Below, piece after piece: positions 57,506 through 64,000 of a stretch of DNA of 64,000 nucleotides. Origin of the DNA: Azolla caroliniana (Eukaryota; Plantae; Polypodiophyta); assembly GCA_043228905.1 (NCBI GenBank), contig JBHGNT010000001.1, positions 11,718,001 through 11,782,000 on the forward strand, written 5' to 3'. Every line of letters starts with the position of its first letter. Positions within the stretch are counted from its first letter, which is position 1. The position numbers and the translations under genes are program-made. The notes beneath the pieces are model-generated. The model searched no databases, was not told the DNA's origin, and worked only from the letters and a program-made list of their open reading frames with translations.

Positions 57506-60500
57506 GGGAAAAGTACCAAGATACCCCTGGAAGTTCGTCTACTTACCATAATGCCCCTGGAAGTTTCAAATTACCAAACTACCCCTATGTCCAAAAAAGT
57601 ACACTTTATAAAGTAATTATACACTCAAATCTACAAGCCCTATTTACCAAAGATGGAAGAAATGGACCCGAACTAGCACTATTTACCAAATATTTGAGTG
57701 TATAATTACTTTATAAAGTGTAGTTTTTTGGACATAGGGGTAGTTTGGTAAATTTGGAACTTCCAGGGCCATTCTTATTAGAGATATGCCCTAATGTAAG
57801 CATATGATAAGGATAAAAGAATGATAGATAAATAGATAGAAAGGAGAGAGAGAAAGAAGGGTGATGATCCACCCGACCACCCCCGAACGAAGGGATCGAG
57901 ACGGACTCGAGCCTCGATCGGCATCCCATACCACCGTTGTGGCGTCGAGTTGTACCTGGTGTTGGTGCACTCGCTACAAGAGTTGACCCACCACAAGAAC
58001 ATAGTCTCGACGTAGTCAAAAGATGATGAAATGAGGGTAGCTAGGCCTCTTATTTATAGTGATACCCAAGGCCCCCCCAGGCAAGTTCACACTTGGCCTA
58101 ATGGATTGTCTCAATCCCGAGGATTAAAAGTAATCTTCCCCTTCTTTACACTCTCGTTTAACCCTCACACTTATCCATGTGTATAGAATACTCCAGTAAA
58201 TTCTCACCACGGGATATTATATGGTCATGCCCGTAAAATACTCCCCCTCTTTAAAACATTGCACTCTTGCAATGGAAAGTTAGGGAAGTTAGTTTTGAGA
58301 GTATTTTCACGTTCCCATGCGGCATCTTTTATTGATTTATCCATCCATTTTATTTTAAATTCTCGGATTTCTTTAGTAAGTAATTTTTTTGTTTTAACAT
58401 CGAGAATTCTTTCTAGTACATGTGGTTTAGAATATAGTTCTTTAGAAGTAACCAGAGTTTCAGTTGTAATTGTATTGTTGCAAGAACCTAGAAGTTCTTT
58501 TAGACGACTCACATGAAAAACTGGATGAATTTCAACACCATCGGGAAGAGCGAGACGATAGGTTGATGACCCAATGCGTTTGAGGACTGTAAAAGGTCCA
58601 CAAAACCGTGGGGCTAACTTAGCGCATTTACCCTTAGACAATGTCTTAGAATTGTGAGGTACATGTAAAAATACCTTCTGTCCAGGGTTGAATACACAAG
58701 GTTACCTATGATGATCGGCATAAAAATGTGCTCTATCTTGAGCAGTTTTTATATTATCTCGTGCAATATGCAACATATCTTGCATATCCCGAAGAAAGTT
58801 TTGCGTATTTCACAACTTATCATGATGTATATTAACATCAATCCGGGCTCGTGGTTGAAAACCATACATCAATAAAAGGACTATATCCCGTCGATGTATG
58901 CTTGGAGATGTTATAAGCAAAATCCAAAATTGGGAGATAACATTCCCATTTTGTTGGTTTTGTACCAACGTATGCTCGAAGAATGTCCTCAATAATTTGA
59001 TTTACTCATTCTGTCTGTCCATCAGATTGAGGATGATCTGTGGAGCTCATGCTCAATGTAGTTTCTAACTTCTTAAAGACTTGCATCCAGAAGTCACTGG
59101 TAAACTTTGGATCTCGATCACTCACGATATCTATCGGTAACCCATAAAAACGAAATAACTCGTCAACGAATTGGTAAGCCAATTCAGGAGCTGTTACCGT
59201 GGTTTTCATAGCAATAAATCTGGCCATTTTAGTTAGTCTATCAACCACAACCTAGATGGCATCATGACCTTTTTGGGTGCGAGGAAGGCTAACAATAAAA
59301 TCCATGGATATACTTTCCCACTTATTATTGGGAATGTCCAAGGGATGTAAAAGTCTTGCGGCTTTAATTCGCTCGGCTTTGTTAACCTGACATTGGTGAC
59401 ATTTAGTCACATAGCTATGTATGTCAAGGCGCATCTTAGGCCAATAAAATTGAGTGGAGATGAGAACGAGTGTACGATGTATTCCAGGGTGCCCCGCAGA
59501 GGGCGCATCATCGCATTCAAAAAGAATTCTCTTTTTGACCTTAGGCAAATCTAGAACACAAACCTTCCCATTACGGTAGCGCAGATCGTTAGCAATGTGG
59601 AAGTATTCCTTCGAGGATGTGGTGGTGTCTGATCCAGACTCAACTCTTGCCCAGTATTTCGCAAAACAACTCTCATCAGGATACTTTCCTCGAAGGTGAA
59701 CATAAAGATCTGATGTTATTTAAGTGAAGCTAAGCATGTTAACTTCACAAATGCGACTTAGTGCATCAGTGACAGTGTTCATGGAACCTTTACGATATAG
59801 TATGGAAAAATCAAAGTCCTGGATGAGATCAACCCATCGTGCCTTAAGACCTTTCAAGTCTTATTAGTCACAAAAATATTTCGACTCGTGGTCCGTAGTT
59901 ACCCCCAAAGCGATTTCCATAAAGATAATGGCGCCATGTTTTGAGCGCATGTATAATTGCAAATAACTCCTTTTCTTGAACGGTATACCGACATTGAGCA
60001 GAATCAAGTTTCTTACTCTCGAATGCTATTGGTTTACCATCTTGATATAAGACAGCACCTATAGCATAATCGCTTGCATCGGTTTCAACCTCAAAAGGTT
60101 AAATTGAAGGATCAGGTAAAAGAAGCGAAGGAGCCATGCACACCAAGTCCTTGAGTTCCTTAAAGGCGAGGTCTAGCGTATCATTCCAGACAATACGTTT
60201 TGTAGACTTACACGTTTGACCTTTTAGAATATCAGTAAACGACATCGTCAATTGGGAGTAATTACGAAGGGATTTTCGCAAAAACCCGACAAAACCAAGG
60301 AATGATCGAACTTCTCGAATATTCCAAAGAGTGAGCCAAAGCTTCATTTTCTTGATGCGAGAAGGGTCAATTTCAACTCCTCGTTCGGTTATGAGATGTC
60401 CAAGATAAGTAACTGATTTCTTGAAGAACTCACATTTTGAGACCTTCGCATAAAACTGTTTGTAATGCAATGTTTGTAAAACAAAGCGGACATGTTTAGC

Positions 60501-63467
60501 ATGTTCTTGTAATGTACGGCTATAAACTAAAATATCATCCAAGAAAATAACGACAAATTTTCCAAGTTGTTCTCGAAAAATGGCATTCATTTCTTGTTGA
60601 AATTTAGCTAGAGCATTGGCCAAACCAAAAGGCATAACCAAAAACTCATAATGGCCATAGCGCGTACAAAATGCCGTTTTAGGAACATCGTCCTCACTTA
60701 TACGAATTTGATGGTAGCTAGTATGGAGATCAAGTTTCGTAAAATACCGAGCTCCCTGGAGACGGTCAATTAGATCGTCAGCCCGGGGCAATGGATACGA
60801 ATTCTTGATCGTCACTTCATTCAAGCATCGGTAATTAATACACATACGCCATGTGCCCTCTTTCTTTTTAACCAAGAGAACTAGTGCACCCCATTGGAGA
60901 TTTACTATAACGTATATAACTCATTCGTAAATAGTCCTTGAGTTGCTTAGATACCTCATCCTCTTCGGATCGACTTAAGCGATAAGGAGGTATACTTATT
61001 GGTGCAACGCCAGGTACAATATCTATACGATGGTCTATATTACGTTTAGGAGGTAACCCATCTTGTAGTTTACCCGGAAAAACATCACGAAAATTATTTA
61101 AGATTTCATCAAGTTGTTGTTGTTCAAAATATGTTAATTGAACCGAGACATTATCGATATTGTAAACGTGAATGTCCGGATCAAGTACACAATAAAATAG
61201 AGTAGAACAAGACAACTCGGATATTAATGGAGAGGAAACAATCGAGAGGGATTGTTTTTTTACACATTGAATAAAATGAGTACAATCGTTCAGTACAAAA
61301 ATTATTGAACGATGAAACCAATCAATAGATAAAGAAGAGTTTTTATTATAGAACCAGGGATAACCCAATATTACATCAATGGTACAAAGATTCATTACAT
61401 GGAAGTCTACTTCTTCTATATAAGTATCAATAGAAATTCCTAATGAATGAATCGCCCCGTTGATGTATTGTACTCTTCCATCAGCCAAGTGCACCGTATA
61501 GGTGTGATCACTTATGGTGGGTTGGATTCCCCATATCTGAACCAAACGATCATTCACAAAGTTGTGTGAGCTTCCCGAATCAAACAAAAATTGTACGGGA
61601 GATCCATTGATATACCCGTTTGCATGTAGTAAATCATTGGGACCCAATACATAGTGAGGGAAAGAACATTGGCAATTACTTAAATGATGTGTATAGACCT
61701 GAAGGACATTAGGAATCTGACCTTTATGGTCTACAACTTTAGTTTTGTTGTCGTGCTCTTTCCGTTGAAGCTTTCAACATTGCTCTTTTGTATGACCCTT
61801 CTTTTTGCAAAATACGCAAAAAGGATGTTGTCACTTACAATCACGATCCATGAATTCGTTGGGTGTCTTGCGTTTCCCAGCGAATTGCGATTGCTTAGTC
61901 CCGGGCGCTTCGTTGGGTTTGTTGTGGTCCTTCTTCAAAGTGCGTTGATAGCGAAGAACTATTTCAACGGCCTCTTCGAAGGATTTTGGATCCTTATCAT
62001 GCACTATCTAGTGATAGTCCGAGTTGGGGATGCCATTGACAAAACAAGTTATTAACCAATTGTCCCCTTCTAAACCCGATTTTTGGATTTGGGTTTTAGC
62101 ATGGTGGAAATAGTCTTCTAGCGAGGAAAACTTCCTGCTAGAGAGGTTCATTAAAGCTTGTGCTACCTTGGTTCAAGAGGGAGGTTGCAGAAATTGGCCC
62201 TTGAAAACTGTGACAAAATTTGTCCAAGTATCGGGCAATTTCCCCAAAGTACGGAGCCCATGCCACTAGGCGGCGGCCTTACCCCCTAGTTCTCGGCCGA
62301 CATATGCAATCTTCGTACTATCTGGTGTGGTATAGAGCTCAAAATGAGACTCCCATCGGCCCAGCCACGTGCAGATTGCTTCTTCGGTTCTTTCCTTTTT
62401 TTCTCCCGTAAATAGCTTAACGACAAACAATGGTTCACCCTATCGCTCATCAGGTCTATTAGTCTCACGTTGTAAACTAATGACACGTGCCTTGAGAGCA
62501 CTTTAAGATTGCCATTGTTCGGTCATCTGTTGAGGGGTGAAACTAAGGTAATGGCTTATTTGTGAAAAGTACATCTCAATGGACATTTGTTCAGGAGGAT
62601 TTCCTTGAGTTCTTTTCGCTTGAGCGGGTGACATCGGGTCGTTATTTTGAGCCATTGAATGATTATTTCTGGCAAAGAAATAGGATAAAGTCAGACAAAT
62701 AGTCATAACATCATGTCGTGATGTAAACATATCATGGGAAAACATTAATCGATATCATGATCTCACGTCAATACCCCTCTAGACGTATGAGATGAGGTTG
62801 AAGATCAGGTTACTATGGTAACACATCGATCGATTACCGAAGTTCCTTTGTTGATTGTTGTATGGATCAAGGTCGACCGCACATCGATCGATCACCATCA
62901 ATCAAGAAGACAAAAGACAACAAAAGAAACATTAGAACATGAGCTCTGATACCAACTATTAGAGATATGCCCTAATGTGAGCATATGATAAGGATAAAAT
63001 AATGATAGATAGATAGATAGAAAGGAGAGAGAGAAAGAAGGGTGTCGATCCACCCGACCACCCCCGAGTGAAGGGATCGAGATGGACTCGAGCCTCGATC
63101 GGCGTCCCATACCACCATCATGGTGTCAAGTCGTACTTGGTGTTGGTGTGCTCGCTACAAGAGTTGACCCACCACAAGAACAGAGTCTCGACGTAGTCAA
63201 AAGATGATGAAATGAGGGTAGCTAGGCCTCTTATTTATAGCGATACCCAAGGCCCCCATGCAAGTTCACACTTGGCCTAATGGGTTGTGTCAATCCCGAG
63301 GATTAAAAGTAATCCTCCCCTTCTTTACACTCTCGTTTAACCCTCACACTTATCTACGTGTATAGAATAATACTATGGTAAATTCTCACCACGGGATATT
63401 ATATGGTCATGCCCATGACAATTCTGGTAAATAGAAGAACTTCCATGGGTATCTTGGTACTTTTCCC
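57506..63467. mobile_element. Mutator-like foldback MITE (~312 bp reconstructed), split by the Gypsy insertion
   Basis: Long TIRs GGGAAAAGTACCAAGATACCC... / ...GGGTATCTTGGTACTTTTCCC. 9-bp TSD TTTATTTTA at 57497-57505 and 63468-63476. The two parts are 57506-57775 and 63426-63467. Confidence 0.88.
57776..63420 (-). mobile_element. Ty3/Gypsy chromovirus LTR retrotransposon, full-length, degenerate
   Basis: LTRs at 62957-63420 and 57776-58238, TSD ATTCT, Met PBS at ~62944-62954, PPT at ~58239-58250. Domains: PR (LFDSGSSHNF), RT (YPLPR, FLDDILVYS), INT (GHPG..CHQC, SDRDPKF, HPQSDGQTE), GPF motif and a chromodomain (ERILDVK..FKIKW..AAWE). Confidence 0.95.
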
Positions 63468-64000
63468 TTTATTTTATTGCTTTAATAAAAACAATATGAG
63501 TTCAAACCTTGAGGAAAAATTTTGGAGTTCTTTTGTTTTATGAATAATATACACACAAAAAAATCACATTTGGTATGACGAGATGGTGCCACCATAATGG
63601 AAAGATATTTTATTTTCAATTTTTTGGAAATACCACTCATGTCTCATGTATTTATCTCATTTTTAGATCAATATCAAAATGGTGCACTTAATATTTGCAA
63701 AAAAACAGCACTTGATGTGTGATTAGGAGAATAAATGGTTGAACATGGAATCTAAGAGCATTGATGTTCATGGGTGTCTTATTGTTGTGTCAAGGGCGAC
63801 ATATCAATTGCTATGATTAATGTAATGCATGGTTATACACATAAGCTAAGGTTGACGATTTTCATGGGTATTGTCATGTGAAAAGCATCTCTCGTGAAAA
63901 TGGTATGACTTGGAAAATGCATGTTTGAACATGGAATAGAAGGGCATCCATGATCATAGACATGTGAGTACATCATTGTTATGCCCCTAGATTACGGGGG

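Overview
Eukaryotic, plant nuclear DNA, AT-rich and dense in transposable elements (TEs). The long PLS-class PPR protein and the TE families suggest a seed-free vascular plant such as a fern; this is an inference. There are four host genes. (1) The 3' six exons of an RMD1/DUF155 (RRG/RRL-like) gene, whose 8.2-kb intron is filled with nested Copia elements. (2) A convergent six-exon RbcX1-type Rubisco assembly chaperone gene with a 17-nt microexon. (3) A long single-ORF PLS/E-class PPR gene. (4) An intronless COPT5-like copper transporter with six GTAC copper-response cores in its promoter. The rest is nested TEs: a LINE interrupted by a degenerate Copia, which is in turn interrupted by a very young, intact, GC-rich Tork/Tnt1-like Copia (TSD CCATG). 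Also present are two hAT MITEs with 8-bp TSDs, solo LTRs, a rearranged Copia, an LTR-derived ~464-bp tandem array, and a chromovirus Gypsy inserted into a Mutator-like foldback MITE. The least explained feature is a decayed multi-exon gene at 31.2-34.9 kb encoding an unnamed domain, a coiled coil and a RING-H2 finger, probably TE-borne. I found no CRISPR array, rRNA or intact tRNA gene. I see no firm evidence for a new biological system, and the leads below are hypotheses. Coordinates were read by eye.
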